From: Chitinophagales bacterium
GTDB taxonomy: Bacteria; Bacteroidota; Bacteroidia; Chitinophagales; Saprospiraceae
Assembly (NCBI GenBank): GCA_038249605.1
Contig: JBBSDH010000001.1
Coordinates: 1-48,727 of the forward strand
Length of the DNA: 48,727 nt
Direction: 5' to 3'
The position numbers and the translations under genes are program-made. The stretch's first letter is position 1; each line of letters starts with the position of its first letter. Shown piece after piece: positions 24,418 to 34,122 of this stretch. The notes beneath the pieces are model-generated. The model made no database searches, was not told where the DNA came from, and was given only the letters and a program-made list of their open reading frames with translations.

Positions 24418-26280
24418 ATGAAACACTGCTACTGGCTGCTTTTGCTGCTGCTTGGAACCGTTTGCGCCCAGGCGCAAAACATCAATACCACCTTCCGGTC
24501 CAAACTTGTGTACCCGGGCCAAACCCTCGCGAACATATGGGGATACGTCGGCGCAGATGGTAGCGAATACGCCTTGCTCGGCGGTTCGCTGGGACTCATC
24601 ATCGTCAATGTGACCAACCCCGACAACCCGCAAGCAATCACGCAGATCCCCGGGCCCAACAGCCTGTGGAAAGAAATCAAAACCTACGGCAATTACGCCT
24701 ACGTGGTGTCGGAAGGCGGCCAAGGCATTCAGATTTTCAACCTTTCCGGACTTCCATCCGCCACCGTGCCCAGCAAATTTTACACCGGCGACGGCGCGGT
24801 AGCAGGGCAAATGAACCGCATCCACGCCTTGCACATCGACACGGCACAAGGCTACCTTTACGCCTACGGCGGCAATATTTTTTCCGGCGGCGCCAAAATA
24901 TTCAACCTCAATCCAGATCCCTGGAACCCTACTTACGCCGGTAAATTCGACCAGCTCGGTTACATCCATGACGGGTATGTGAACAACGACACTTTGTACA
25001 GCGGGCACATCTACTTAGGGCAGTTCGCCATCGTAGACATGACCGACAAAAGCAATCCGCAACTCCTGGCCACCCAAACCACACCCGGCGCCTTTACCCA
25101 CAACACCTGGCCTACCAACGACAGTAAAACCATCCTGTCCACCGACGAAGTGAACAACTCAGTTTTGGCGGCATACGACGTAAGCGACCCTACCGACATC
25201 AAGGAACTCGACCGCATACAGAGCAATCCGGGCAGCAACTCCGTAGTGCACAACACGCACATTCAAGGCGATTTTGCCATAACGTCGTGGTACAAAGATG
25301 GTTTCACCATTGTAGATCTCAGCCGTCCGCACAACCTCATCCAAACCGGCAACCACGATACTTACGTAGGCACGGGTGGAACCGGCAGCGGCTTCAACGG
25401 CTGCTGGGGCGTGTACCCGCATTTCCCATCCGGCAACATCATGGCCACCAACATCAGCGCACCTGGCTCCAACAACAATGGTGAACTGTGGATCGTGACA
25501 CCCAACTATGTGAAAGGTTGTTACCTCGAAGGACAAGTGCGCGACGCCGCAACGCTGCTTCCCATCACCGGCGCAACCATCGCCGTGCCCGGCATACCAC
25601 TTTTGGGTGCAACCAGCGGTCCCGACGGCCGTTTTGCATCCGGACAAGTAACGGAAGCCGTGGTGGATGTAAACATAACCAAGTCAGGATACCAGGATGC
25701 TCATTTCACCACATCCCTCGAAAATGGCGTTCTGCGTTACCTGGATGTGTTGATGTTTTCTGAGGGCAGTCTGAACATTACCGGTGTGGTGTTGCGCGAC
25801 GGCAAATTCGGGCCCAAACCTGTAGCCGACGCCACAGTGTACCTCTACGGCGTTGAGCTGGAATACAGTGCTTTGACCGATGCTTTCGGCAACTTCCTTT
25901 TCCCCGACGTGTCGCCCGGTTATTACGACCTTGTGGCTTCCAAAGACCCAACCGGCATGGCCATCATGTACAACCAGATTTTGGTTAAAGACAGCACTTT
26001 TACCCTGCTTTTACAACCCAACCACAAACGTAACGGAAGCCCCGGCACCTCCGTTGCTCCCAATCCCTTCTCTTCCGAAACCGTGCTTACTGTAGATTTG
26101 CCGGAGGCCGGTTATGCAGCGCGTTTGACTGATCTTTTGGGTCGAGAAGTGATGCGTTTTGAAGTTCAGGAAAAAAACAGCCATATTGTTTTTGGCAGCG
26201 AGTTGCGACCAGGTATGTATTGGCTTCATCTGGAAAAAAACGGCGCTTCCGAACCACCCGTATCGATCATCAAGCATTAA
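24418..26280 (+). CDS. Choice-of-anchor-B / LVIVD-repeat surface protein with carboxypeptidase-regulatory-like domains and a T9SS C-terminal domain
   Basis: A signal peptide is present. Family-like segments are NIWGYVGADGSEYALLG..GLIIVNVTNPDNP and WKEIKTYGNYAYVVSE..GIQIF. Two CarboxypepD_reg-like segments follow. The tail is APNPFSSETVLTVDL..GMYWLHLEKNG. Confidence 0.7.
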   Translation: MKHCYWLLLLLLGTVCAQAQNINTTFRSKLVYPGQTLANIWGYVGADGSEYALLGGSLGLIIVNVTNPDNPQAITQIPGPNSLWKEIKTYGNYAYVVSEGGQGIQIFNLSGLPSATVPSKFYTGDGAVAGQMNRIHALHIDTAQGYLYAYGGNIFSGGAKIFNLNPDPWNPTYAGKFDQLGYIHDGYVNNDTLYSGHIYLGQFAIVDMTDKSNPQLLATQTTPGAFTHNTWPTNDSKTILSTDEVNNSVLAAYDVSDPTDIKELDRIQSNPGSNSVVHNTHIQGDFAITSWYKDGFTIVDLSRPHNLIQTGNHDTYVGTGGTGSGFNGCWGVYPHFPSGNIMATNISAPGSNNNGELWIVTPNYVKGCYLEGQVRDAATLLPITGATIAVPGIPLLGATSGPDGRFASGQVTEAVVDVNITKSGYQDAHFTTSLENGVLRYLDVLMFSEGSLNITGVVLRDGKFGPKPVADATVYLYGVELEYSALTDAFGNFLFPDVSPGYYDLVASKDPTGMAIMYNQILVKDSTFTLLLQPNHKRNGSPGTSVAPNPFSSETVLTVDLPEAGYAARLTDLLGREVMRFEVQEKNSHIVFGSELRPGMYWLHLEKNGASEPPVSIIKH

Positions 26281-26286
26281 AAACGC

Positions 26287-27009
26287 ATGAACATAGGATT
26301 GCTTGGCTACGGTAAAATGGGCCGCGCCATCGAAGAAGTTGCCGCAGGCAGCGAGGTGCATTTCGTGTGGCGCATCGGCCGCGACAACAACCATGAGCTC
26401 ACCACGGAATTGTTGCAACAAGCCGACGTGGTCATCGAATTCAGCAGGCCCGAAGCCGCTTTGCAAAATGTAAAAATGTGCCTCGAAGCTGGAATTCCGG
26501 TGGTAAGTGGCACCACTGGATGGCTGGAACAACTTCCCGAAGCGCAAGCCATTTGTTTGGAAAAAAAAGGCGCCTTGCTTTGGGCATCCAATTTCAGCGT
26601 GGGTGTAAACCTGTTTTTTGCCCTCAACCGCTACCTCGCCGAACTCATGAACGGCAGGCCCGAATACGACATCCGTGTTCAGGAAATACACCACATCCAC
26701 AAGCTCGACGCACCAAGCGGCACCGCCCTCACGCTCACCCTCGACACCATCAAAATGCTCGGCCGCAAAACGGACTGGAAACTCGTCCCTGATCCATACG
26801 GCCCAGCCGACATTCCTGTGGAAGCCATCCGCGAAGGCGAAGTGCCTGGCACCCACGTCATCACCTACGAAAGTTCGGTGGACAGCATCCGCATCGAACA
26901 CAAAGCCAACTCGCGCAAAGGTTTTGCCGAGGGCGCACTTTTGGCTGCACAATGGATTTATGGGAAAAAAGGGGTTTTTGATATGATGGATGTGCTGGGG
27001 ATCAAGTGA
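26287..27009 (+). CDS. dapB: 4-hydroxy-tetrahydrodipicolinate reductase
   Basis: MNIGLLGYGKMGRAI, the DapB signature E.HH..K.DAPSGTA (EIHHIHKLDAPSGTAL) and NSRKGFAEGAL are present. Confidence 0.9.
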   Translation: MNIGLLGYGKMGRAIEEVAAGSEVHFVWRIGRDNNHELTTELLQQADVVIEFSRPEAALQNVKMCLEAGIPVVSGTTGWLEQLPEAQAICLEKKGALLWASNFSVGVNLFFALNRYLAELMNGRPEYDIRVQEIHHIHKLDAPSGTALTLTLDTIKMLGRKTDWKLVPDPYGPADIPVEAIREGEVPGTHVITYESSVDSIRIEHKANSRKGFAEGALLAAQWIYGKKGVFDMMDVLGIK

Positions 27010-27081
27010 TTTCTTGCGGATTTAAAATGGATTACACAGAAAAAGGGTTTCGCGCTACACCCTTTTTCTGTGTAATCCATT
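27006..27081. repeat. Perfect 33-bp inverted repeat (hairpin) overlapping the dapB stop
   Basis: GCGGATTTAAAATGGATTACACAGAAAAAGGGT (27006-27038) has a 10-nt loop and its exact reverse complement at 27049-27081. No T-run follows. The arms carry the GGATTT motif that is common in this window's intergenic DNA. Confidence 0.9.
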
Positions 27082-27121
27082 TTAAATCCGCAGCATCGGA
27101 CTTTTTTTTACCTTCGCCGTT

Positions 27122-27811
27122 ATGGCAACGATCGTAAAACTCAGTCAGGCCGACATCTTACAACAAGACAACTCCGTCGTGCTTCAGAACATCAGTTTAA
27201 GCATTGGCGACGGGGAATTTACCTACCTAATCGGCAAAACAGGGAGCGGCAAAAGCAGTCTGCTCAAAACCCTCTATGCTGCCCTGCCCCTGCAAAAAGG
27301 GCACGGTGAAGTTGCCGGCATCGACCTGCGCACCGTGACCCGCAAAAATGTGCACCAGTTGCGCCGCAAATTGGGCATTGTGTTCCAGGATTTCAACTTG
27401 CTTACCGACCGTACCGTGGAGGGAAACCTCGAATTTACGTTGCGTGCTACAGGCTGGACCGACAAGGAGGACATCAACAAACGCATCGAGGAGGTGCTCA
27501 ATGACGTAAGTTTGTTGAACAAACGCAATTCCATGCCTTACGAACTTTCGGGCGGCGAACAGCAACGCATTGTCATATCGCGGGCCTTACTCAACAAACC
27601 CGTTTTGCTCATCGCCGACGAGCCCACAGGCAACCTCGATCCCGAAACCAGCGATGATGTGCTCATGCTCCTGCGCAACCTGGCCAAACAAAACAACACA
27701 GCTGTACTTTGCGCCACGCACGATTACCGCATTTTGCAAAATTTCCCGGCCCGCATCGTGCGTGTCAACCAGGGAAAACTTATAGATGAAGAAGGCGTGG
27801 CAACGGTTTGA
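27122..27811 (+). CDS. ftsE: Cell-division ABC ATPase FtsE-like protein
   Basis: Walker A is GKTGSGKSS, the signature is LSGGEQQR and Walker B is [12 protein letters not shown]. At about 229 aa it is typical of FtsE. No adjacent ftsX is seen. Confidence 0.75.
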   Translation: MATIVKLSQADILQQDNSVVLQNISLSIGDGEFTYLIGKTGSGKSSLLKTLYAALPLQKGHGEVAGIDLRTVTRKNVHQLRRKLGIVFQDFNLLTDRTVEGNLEFTLRATGWTDKEDINKRIEEVLNDVSLLNKRNSMPYELSGGEQQRIVISRALLNKPVLLIADEPTGNLDPETSDDVLMLLRNLAKQNNTAVLCATHDYRILQNFPARIVRVNQGKLIDEEGVATV

Positions 27812-27822
27812 AATTTCCGTCG

Positions 27823-27830
27823 TACTTTTG
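27823..27830 (+). promoter_or_regulatory. -7 promoter box TACTTTTG
   Basis: It lies in the 49-nt ftsE-sucC gap, 31 nt before ATG 27861, with an upstream TTTG at 27807-27810. Confidence 0.45.
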
Positions 27831-27860
27831 CGCGCCAAGTAACACAAACCTACACCATCC

Positions 27861-29054
27861 ATGAACTTACACGAATACCAGGGTAAAGAACTGCTCAAAT
27901 CTTACGGCGTTAAAATCCAGGAGGGCATCGTTGCCTACAATGCCGAAGAAGCCGTCGCAGCGGCCAAAGAAATCAAAGAAAAATACAACTCTGGCTGGTG
28001 TGTGGTGAAAGCCCAAGTACATGCCGGCGGACGTGGTAAAGGTGGTGGTGTAAAACTCGCCAAAAGCCCCGAACAAGCCGGTGAAATCACCCAGGCCATG
28101 ATCGGTATGCATCTTGTAACACCTCAGACTTCGGCCGAAGGCAAACTCGTGCGCAAAGTACTTGTGACTCAGGATGTGTTTTACCCCGGCGCTAGCGAAC
28201 CCAGCGAATATTACATCTCGGTGCTTACCGACCGTGGCCGCGGCGGCAACGTGATTGTGTATTCGCCAGACGGCGGCATGGACATCGAAAAAGTGGCCGA
28301 AGAAACGCCCGAACGTGTATACAGCGAGTTTGTTGATCCGCTGCTCGGATTGCGCCCCTTCCAGGCTCAAAAAATAGCCTTCAACTTCGGTTTAAGCGGT
28401 AAGGCATTCAAGGAAATGGTCGATTTTGTGCAAAAGCTTTACGCCGCGTTTGTCGGCTCCGACGCTGTCATGTTCGAAATCAACCCTTGCCTCAAAACCA
28501 GCGACGACCAAATCATCGCCGTTGATGCTAAAGTAACCCTCGATGAAAATGCGCTTTTCCGCCACAAAGATCTGGCAGCACTGCGCGATACAGACGAAGA
28601 AGATCCGGCCGACGTGGAAGCCCAAACCTACGACCTCAACTACGTCAAACTCGACGGCAACGTAGGTTGTATGGTGAACGGCGCGGGTCTGGCCATGGCT
28701 ACCATGGACCTCATTCAACTTTCGGGTGGCCAACCTGCCAACTTCCTCGATGTGGGAGGTACGGCAGACGCCGAGCGGGTGGAAAACGCCATGCGTTTCA
28801 TTCTGAAAGATCCCAGCGTAAAAGCCATCCTCATCAACATCTTCGGCGGCATCGTACGTTGCGACCGCGTAGCCCAGGGTGTGGTAGATGCTTACAAAAA
28901 AATAGGCAACATCCCTGTGCCGGTCATCGTACGCCTTCAGGGTACGAACGCCGACATCGCCAAAAAGATCATCGACGATTCGGGCCTGGAAGTGATGGGC
29001 GCTGTGGAATTCCAGGAAGCTGCGGATTTGGTGCAGAAGGTGCTGGCGAAGTAA
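27861..29054 (+). CDS. sucC: Succinate--CoA ligase (ADP-forming) subunit beta
   Basis: [38 protein letters not shown] and [10 protein letters not shown] are present. Confidence 0.95.
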   Translation: MNLHEYQGKELLKSYGVKIQEGIVAYNAEEAVAAAKEIKEKYNSGWCVVKAQVHAGGRGKGGGVKLAKSPEQAGEITQAMIGMHLVTPQTSAEGKLVRKVLVTQDVFYPGASEPSEYYISVLTDRGRGGNVIVYSPDGGMDIEKVAEETPERVYSEFVDPLLGLRPFQAQKIAFNFGLSGKAFKEMVDFVQKLYAAFVGSDAVMFEINPCLKTSDDQIIAVDAKVTLDENALFRHKDLAALRDTDEEDPADVEAQTYDLNYVKLDGNVGCMVNGAGLAMATMDLIQLSGGQPANFLDVGGTADAERVENAMRFILKDPSVKAILINIFGGIVRCDRVAQGVVDAYKKIGNIPVPVIVRLQGTNADIAKKIIDDSGLEVMGAVEFQEAADLVQKVLAK

Positions 29055-29070
29055 GTTTCCGGATTATGGT

Positions 29071-29118
29071 AGAAGAGCCACCCCGTGTTGATTCGCAGGG
29101 TGGCTCTTCTCGTTTTCG
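29071..29118 (+). terminator. Rho-independent terminator of sucC
   Basis: AGAAGAGCCACCC (29071-29083) pairs with GGGTGGCTCTTCT (29098-29110), followed by CGTTTTCG. Confidence 0.75.
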
Positions 29119-29160
29119 TCTGGCTGCGCGTTTCACCACAGAGTTGCACGGAGTTACACA

Positions 29161-29203
29161 GAGGAAAAGCACAGCGTTGCTCTCACGTGAGGGCAACGCT
29201 GTG
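29161..29203 (-). terminator. Minus-strand terminator hairpin of the DUF4296-like gene
   Basis: CACAGCGTTGCTCTCAC / GTGAGGGCAACGCTGTG (29170-29203) has one mismatch. It is followed on the minus strand by CTTTTCC. An alternative pairing joins 29131-29141 with 29199-29209. Confidence 0.55.
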
Positions 29204-29223
29204 GTGAAATACGTACCCAAACC

Positions 29224-29589
29224 TTATCTCCCAAGTATAGACTTCGAGGTATCCCTTGTCATGTAAAAACTATCCTTCTGCACCAGCAGTGAATCTGCGG
29301 CACGGACGACGGATTCCATACGCAGGATGTTTGCAGACAAAGCCTCCAGGTTCTTTTCAAAACGCTCCTGCTCGATGCCGTGCATTTCAAAAATCTGATT
29401 GAAATACACTTTCATCAGGCTGTCTTTTTCATAGCCTGCCAGACCGTTGGTAGCAGCGTCGGCGACGTTCAGGTCGGACATGATTTGCGAAAGCTTCTCG
29501 TCTGGAATGTCGGTTTGAACCGACGGTTCGGAAGGTGTGCATTGCAACAAGAGCACGAACAAAGGCAAAAAAAGACCGGTTTTTCTCAT
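29224..29589 (-). CDS. Lipoprotein, DUF4296-like
   Basis: The start was trimmed to ATG 29589 (MRKTGLFLPLFVLLLQC, a lipobox-like signal). The pattern IPDEKLSQIMSDLNVADA is typical of DUF4296 as I recall it. ATGA overlaps the upstream gene. Confidence 0.5.
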   Translation of the reverse strand: MRKTGLFLPLFVLLLQCTPSEPSVQTDIPDEKLSQIMSDLNVADAATNGLAGYEKDSLMKVYFNQIFEMHGIEQERFEKNLEALSANILRMESVVRAADSLLVQKDSFYMTRDTSKSILGR

Positions 29590-30080
29590 AAAACCTCTTT
29601 GGGGAAATATTTGGCTGTCACGCGGGCATTGCCTTCGTAGAACGAGCGCCACGACTCCGCGGGCGACTCGATGCGCACGACGCCACAGGTGGGAATGTTT
29701 TCAATAAAATCATCGGTAAATCGGTTGGCTACTTCGGTAAAAGTGGGATTGTGGCCAAACAAAAACACGGTTTCTGCCAATTCGGGCAGCTCACTGATGA
29801 GGCGCAGGATTTCTTGCGGATAAGCCTCGTAAATGTCCTGGTTGCGCACCACTTCATCGTCGGCGATGGAGAGTGCGTCGGCAAAAAACTGGGCCGTAGT
29901 AATGGCCCGTCGTGCCGGACTGCTCACCAAAAGATCGGGTTTGATGTCCATTTTGGCAATCAAAGTGGCCATAAGTGGCGCATCTCGCTGGCCACGATCG
30001 TTGAGGGGACGGTTGAAATCGCGCAGGCCGGGATTATCCCAGCTCGACTTGGCATGACGTATCAGGTAAAGCGTTCGCAT
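29586..30080 (-). CDS. Histidine phosphatase family protein (SixA-like)
   Basis: The start was trimmed to ATG 30080. The RHG motif is LYLIRHAKSSW..R.L..RG, and a later FGHNP is present. Confidence 0.8.
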   Translation of the reverse strand: MRTLYLIRHAKSSWDNPGLRDFNRPLNDRGQRDAPLMATLIAKMDIKPDLLVSSPARRAITTAQFFADALSIADDEVVRNQDIYEAYPQEILRLISELPELAETVFLFGHNPTFTEVANRFTDDFIENIPTCGVVRIESPAESWRSFYEGNARVTAKYFPKEVL

Positions 30081-30170
30081 ACAATGTTGTTGCTGCTCTC
30101 GGCAGGTGGTCAAAGATACGCTACCTTTTCTTTTTGACCTCAAAACTTGACAAACCAAACCAATACTCAA

Positions 30171-30235
30171 CCCAAATCCTGTTAAAATCAGGAAATCCTA
30201 TCCTGAAAATCCCTTAATCCTGCAAATCCTGATTA
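30171..30235. repeat. AAATCCTG-type degenerate repeat tract in a divergent promoter region
   Basis: The tract reads CAAATCCTG..GGAAATCCTATCCTG..AAAATCCCT..TAATCCTG..CAAATCCTG. This is the reverse-complement flavour of the GGATTT tracts. Confidence 0.7.
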
Positions 30236-30241
30236 GCTTTG
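30234..30241 (+). promoter_or_regulatory. -7 promoter box TAGCTTTG
   Basis: Matches TAnnTTTG 26 nt upstream of ATG 30267. Confidence 0.4.
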
Positions 30242-30266
30242 TAGTTTTTCCAAATGCAAAAGTAGC

Positions 30267-31979
30267 ATGCTGAAACGCGCGCTGAAAGATTTTGAGTTTT
30301 TCATAAGTCCAACCACCTGGAACACCGCGCAGGACCTGGTGCAGGCGGGGCATGTGAAAAACCTGCGTGAAGTAGAAAAAAACTTCTGGGTCTCTCTGGT
30401 GGAAGACCCAGAGCAGGGCGGTCCTTATGAAGTGGAGGTGATGATCACACCGCAAAAAATCAAGGCGTTCACCTGTGAATGTTGGAGTGAAGGTCGACGG
30501 CTTATGTGTCCACACATTGCTGCTGTACTGCTGCGCGTACGCCAGTACATCAACCAGCGCACCGAGGAGCGGCAGCTCAAGCAGGCCGAAAACACCACCG
30601 AAAAAGGTTCTGCAAAACTAAACATCCCTACCCTGCTGGCCCAGGTGCCCCCTGAAGCGCTGACCGAATTTGTGCGGGACTACGCCCGGCGCGACCGCGA
30701 TTTTTCTTTGGCCATCAAAACCTGGTTTGCCTCTTCGCTCAGCGATGCCGACAACCCCTGGCTGCTGTTGCTCGACACTGTGACGCCCAAGTCGGGCAAA
30801 CTGCGCGAGCCCGAATACCGCCGTTTGCGCAAAACCCTGCTTGACCTGGAATCGCAGCTTGAAAAAGCCCTGGAACAAGGCCATTACCGCCGCGTTTTCC
30901 AGTTGGCTTCTGCAAAAATGTACAAGCTGCGCAACCTGGTGCTTCAGGCGGAAGAACCCCGACGTGGCCAACTGCTGTACCACTACCAACTGGCCTCCAA
31001 AAGTTTGTTGGAATTATCCGGAAGGGATCTTTCACCAGAGCTGCACGACGAGATCTGGACCTTCGTTACCGACCATGCAAAAAATGGCGTGGTGCCTGCC
31101 GAGTCTTCGCGCAATGTGCTTAAAATCATCACCGCGCGCACGGGTGAAGCTGCGAAATTCGACCGTATAAATGCCTGGTTCGATGAAACGCCCCACCCTG
31201 TCCCGACTTTTGTGCTCAACCTTTACCTATACACCCTTGCCCTTCGCAGCAGTCCAGAGGCTGTAAAACGGGTGCTCAACGAATGCGCCGCGCAACCTGC
31301 AGTGGTGAAAGATGCCATTGCGCAGTTGTATTACCTGCATGCCTGGGATGCCGCCAAACATTGTGGAAACGCATTTTTGGAACAGGGTCTGTTCAACGCC
31401 GGTCAAACCCGGGAAATAGAAGACTTGATGCTGATGATCGCTGAAAAACAGCAGGATACGCCGTTGTTGATGAAACTTTTGGGCAGGCGTTATTTACAGT
31501 CCGGACAACCGGAGATGTTGGAAAAAATGAAAAATGCGGCGGGTGAAAAGTGGCAAGAGGAAAAAATACGCCTTTTGGAAGGCATGAAATCCAAGGGCGA
31601 CCTGCGTGCTGTAGCCAGCTTGCTTGCTGCCGAAAACGACACCTTGCTGCTTGCTGCAATGCTTCAGGAACACCCCGACCTCGTTTTGCTTCAACAATTT
31701 GCTGCTGTGTTGTTGCCGGTACATACCAAGTTAATACAGGAGCAGTACGTGCATTTTTTGAGCGATTACCTGAACGAGCACTTCGGTCCGCAAGCAGCCA
31801 CCTGGGTACACGATCAATTGCAACCGCTGGTAAAACAAGGGCATACTCCCTTGGTAAAAACCATTGTGGGCATATTGGTCAAACAGTTTCCCGACCGCAA
31901 TACCTTGTCGGAAACCCTATCCGAGCTGTTTCAATTCAACAAACGCTTCTCTGTCACTTCCATGTTTGGCAACCTGTGA
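30267..31979 (+). CDS. SWIM zinc-finger domain protein (570 aa, helical-repeat C-terminal region)
   Basis: The CxCx(n)CxH signature is FTCECWSEGRRLMCPHIAAVLL at aa ~78-99. The remainder is alpha-helical-looking with no family I recognise. Confidence 0.7.
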   Translation: MLKRALKDFEFFISPTTWNTAQDLVQAGHVKNLREVEKNFWVSLVEDPEQGGPYEVEVMITPQKIKAFTCECWSEGRRLMCPHIAAVLLRVRQYINQRTEERQLKQAENTTEKGSAKLNIPTLLAQVPPEALTEFVRDYARRDRDFSLAIKTWFASSLSDADNPWLLLLDTVTPKSGKLREPEYRRLRKTLLDLESQLEKALEQGHYRRVFQLASAKMYKLRNLVLQAEEPRRGQLLYHYQLASKSLLELSGRDLSPELHDEIWTFVTDHAKNGVVPAESSRNVLKIITARTGEAAKFDRINAWFDETPHPVPTFVLNLYLYTLALRSSPEAVKRVLNECAAQPAVVKDAIAQLYYLHAWDAAKHCGNAFLEQGLFNAGQTREIEDLMLMIAEKQQDTPLLMKLLGRRYLQSGQPEMLEKMKNAAGEKWQEEKIRLLEGMKSKGDLRAVASLLAAENDTLLLAAMLQEHPDLVLLQQFAAVLLPVHTKLIQEQYVHFLSDYLNEHFGPQAATWVHDQLQPLVKQGHTPLVKTIVGILVKQFPDRNTLSETLSELFQFNKRFSVTSMFGNL

Positions 31980-32446
31980 AAATAGAGCTTTGGGCCATCG
32001 GCAAAACCTCCGAGCGTTACCTCGACGAGGGTATGGCCGTTTTTGAAAAAAGGCTGAAAAACTACCTGCCTGTTCAGTGGCAAATCATCCCGGACATCAA
32101 AGTAAAAACCTCCGATGCGCGGATTGTAAAAAAGGAAGAAGGCGAAAAAGTGCTAGCCAAATTGCAAAGCGACGATTACCTCGTGTTGCTGGACGAAAAC
32201 GGTAGGGAATATACTTCCGTAGAATTGGCGCAGTGGATGGAAAAACGCATGAACCAGTCCCCCCGTCGCCTCATTTTCCTCATCGGTGGCGCATTTGGGT
32301 TCAGTGAGGCTGTGTATGAAAGGGCCCAGGAAAAAATTTCACTTTCCCGCCTTACTTTTTCCCACCAGATGGTGCGGTTGTTTTTGATGGAACAACTGTA
32401 CCGGGCGATGACGATTTTGAAAAACGAGCCTTACCATAATCCTTAA
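31976..32446 (+). CDS. rlmH: 23S rRNA (pseudouridine1915-N3)-methyltransferase RlmH
   Basis: A GTG start at 31976 (VKIELWAIGKTSERYLDEG..) overlaps the SWIM stop (GTGA). The C-terminal block is LSRLTFSHQMVRLFLMEQLYRAMTI. The long upstream extension in the track ORF (from 31550) is out-of-frame readthrough of the SWIM gene. Confidence 0.85.
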   Translation: MKIELWAIGKTSERYLDEGMAVFEKRLKNYLPVQWQIIPDIKVKTSDARIVKKEEGEKVLAKLQSDDYLVLLDENGREYTSVELAQWMEKRMNQSPRRLIFLIGGAFGFSEAVYERAQEKISLSRLTFSHQMVRLFLMEQLYRAMTILKNEPYHNP

Positions 32447-32652
32447 TGTAGCTCAACGTTTACCAAACCTGAAAAGGTTTGGTAAGCGTAACCTATATGT
32501 TATGAGACAGCCTTAGCCCCTGTACTTTCTTCCCTATTTTAAAACTTCATTGCGCTTTATTTTGAAACGTCAATAAGTCCGCACTCCATGCCATTTTTTT
32601 TCGGCCAACCGTTGTATCTTTATCAAAACATCAAATTTTGAAAACAACGATT

Positions 32653-33471
32653 ATGCAAAAACGATTCATCTTACTCATCGACTTTTCGGAATATTCGGCC
32701 AACCTATTGAAATATGCTTACTCCTGGAGCAAGGAAGTGAATGCCGAAATTCTGCTGGTACACCAAACGAGTACGCTCGTTTCTCCACGATTGAGCGAGG
32801 ACATCAGGAATGACACCATTCAACAAAACATTTCCGAAGCTGTTGATCAGTTGAATGAATACAGTCGCTCTATTTTGCACGATGCCACCAACATCAAATG
32901 CCAAGTCACCTATTACCATTTGAATCTGTATCTTAAAGAATTATTGTCTGAACCGTATGATAACCTGGTTTTTGTCGGCCTCAAAGGAACCGGTTTGTTG
33001 AAACAAATCTTTATAGGCAGCATAGCCGTTGAGATTATTGAAAACATTGACAATGTTATCGTTGCCATTCCTAAGGAAGTTACCCGGTTTTCCCCCAAAA
33101 AACTATACGTAGCGGTAACCGACAAATACCCTCTGAACATTTCCGCATTTCATAAATTCCTGGGTTGCCTGGGTGACGGTATTGAATACATCAATTTTTT
33201 CTTCCTTTCAAAACCCGACGAGCACAACGAGGATAATGAAAAACAACTCCTTGAATTGTCCAATTTTTTTAAAAACGAATACAACACCGACTACACTGTT
33301 TACGAAGGGAAAAATCCTTTTGAAAACATCAAAAAGGTGATCAACAACAAAACCGAGGAAATATTGGTCGTACAAAAAGGATCACGGCTGTTGACCGACC
33401 AGTTGTTCCGCAAGTTCCTCATCAACGATTTGGTGTACGAAGGCCAAACGCCGCTCGTTGTTTTGCCGTAA
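32653..33471 (+). CDS. Universal stress protein family protein (tandem Usp domains)
   Basis: FILLIDFSEYSANLLKYAYSWSKEVNAEILLVH and a second half ending ..TPLVVLP resemble Bacteroidota UspA-like proteins. The gene is AT-richer than its neighbours. The start was set to ATG 32653. Confidence 0.6.
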   Translation: MQKRFILLIDFSEYSANLLKYAYSWSKEVNAEILLVHQTSTLVSPRLSEDIRNDTIQQNISEAVDQLNEYSRSILHDATNIKCQVTYYHLNLYLKELLSEPYDNLVFVGLKGTGLLKQIFIGSIAVEIIENIDNVIVAIPKEVTRFSPKKLYVAVTDKYPLNISAFHKFLGCLGDGIEYINFFFLSKPDEHNEDNEKQLLELSNFFKNEYNTDYTVYEGKNPFENIKKVINNKTEEILVVQKGSRLLTDQLFRKFLINDLVYEGQTPLVVLP

Positions 33472-33492
33472 TGAATTCACTACATTCGCCCC

Positions 33493-34122
33493 ATGATCAC
33501 ATACCTTATCATCGCTGTTACCGTCGGCGTATCGCTGCTCGCCTTCAACAACGGCGAAATAATGTACCGTTTCCGCCATTGGCCTTATGCCGAAGAACGG
33601 GAAAAGGAGTACTACCGCTGGATCACGGCCGGTTTCCTGCACGCCGATTACGTGCACCTGTTTTTCAACATGTTCACCCTGTATTTCTTCGGATCGCTGG
33701 TGGAAAAGTGGTTCGCCGAGCTCTTTCCCGGCGTGGGCGACCTGTTGTACCTTGTATTTTACCTCATCGCCATCGCAGCTGCTTCGGCGGCTACGTTTTT
33801 CAAACACAAGGACCACCCGGGTTTTGCCAGCATCGGTGCTTCGGGGGCTGTGGCGGCTGTATTGTTTGCCTCCATATTGCTTAATCCCACCATTGGTATT
33901 GGGTTCATGTTTATTCCAATACCCATTCCAGGCTTCCTGTTTGGGTTGCTTTACCTCTATTACAGTTCCTATTCGGCGAAAAAGGGCGGTGACAACATCG
34001 ACCACGCAGCGCACTTTTACGGGGCCGTGTTCGGCTTTTTGTTCCCGCTGGTTTTGAAACCGGCGCTTTTCCTGAGTTTCATTTACCAGTTGAAGGTGTA
34101 TTTTGGTTCCCTGTTGGGATGA
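33493..34122 (+). CDS. Rhomboid family intramembrane serine protease
   Basis: HLFFNMFTLYFFG, the catalytic GASGAVAAVL and H..GA.FG are present across 6 TM segments. Confidence 0.85.
   Translation: MITYLIIAVTVGVSLLAFNNGEIMYRFRHWPYAEEREKEYYRWITAGFLHADYVHLFFNMFTLYFFGSLVEKWFAELFPGVGDLLYLVFYLIAIAAASAATFFKHKDHPGFASIGASGAVAAVLFASILLNPTIGIGFMFIPIPIPGFLFGLLYLYYSSYSAKKGGDNIDHAAHFYGAVFGFLFPLVLKPALFLSFIYQLKVYFGSLLG

Noticed and set aside
28667-29266. 199-aa + strand ORF overlapping the sucC 3' end and its terminators
   Set aside because: It is an out-of-frame shadow of sucC (Arg/Gly/His-rich) that continues through two terminator hairpins.
31550-31975. N-terminal 142-aa extension of the rlmH ORF in the track
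   Set aside because: It overlaps the 3' part of the SWIM gene in another frame, and its Arg/Cys/Ala-rich translation looks non-coding. RlmH homologues begin at the equivalent of VKIELWAIGK, which here is a GTG overlapping the upstream stop.
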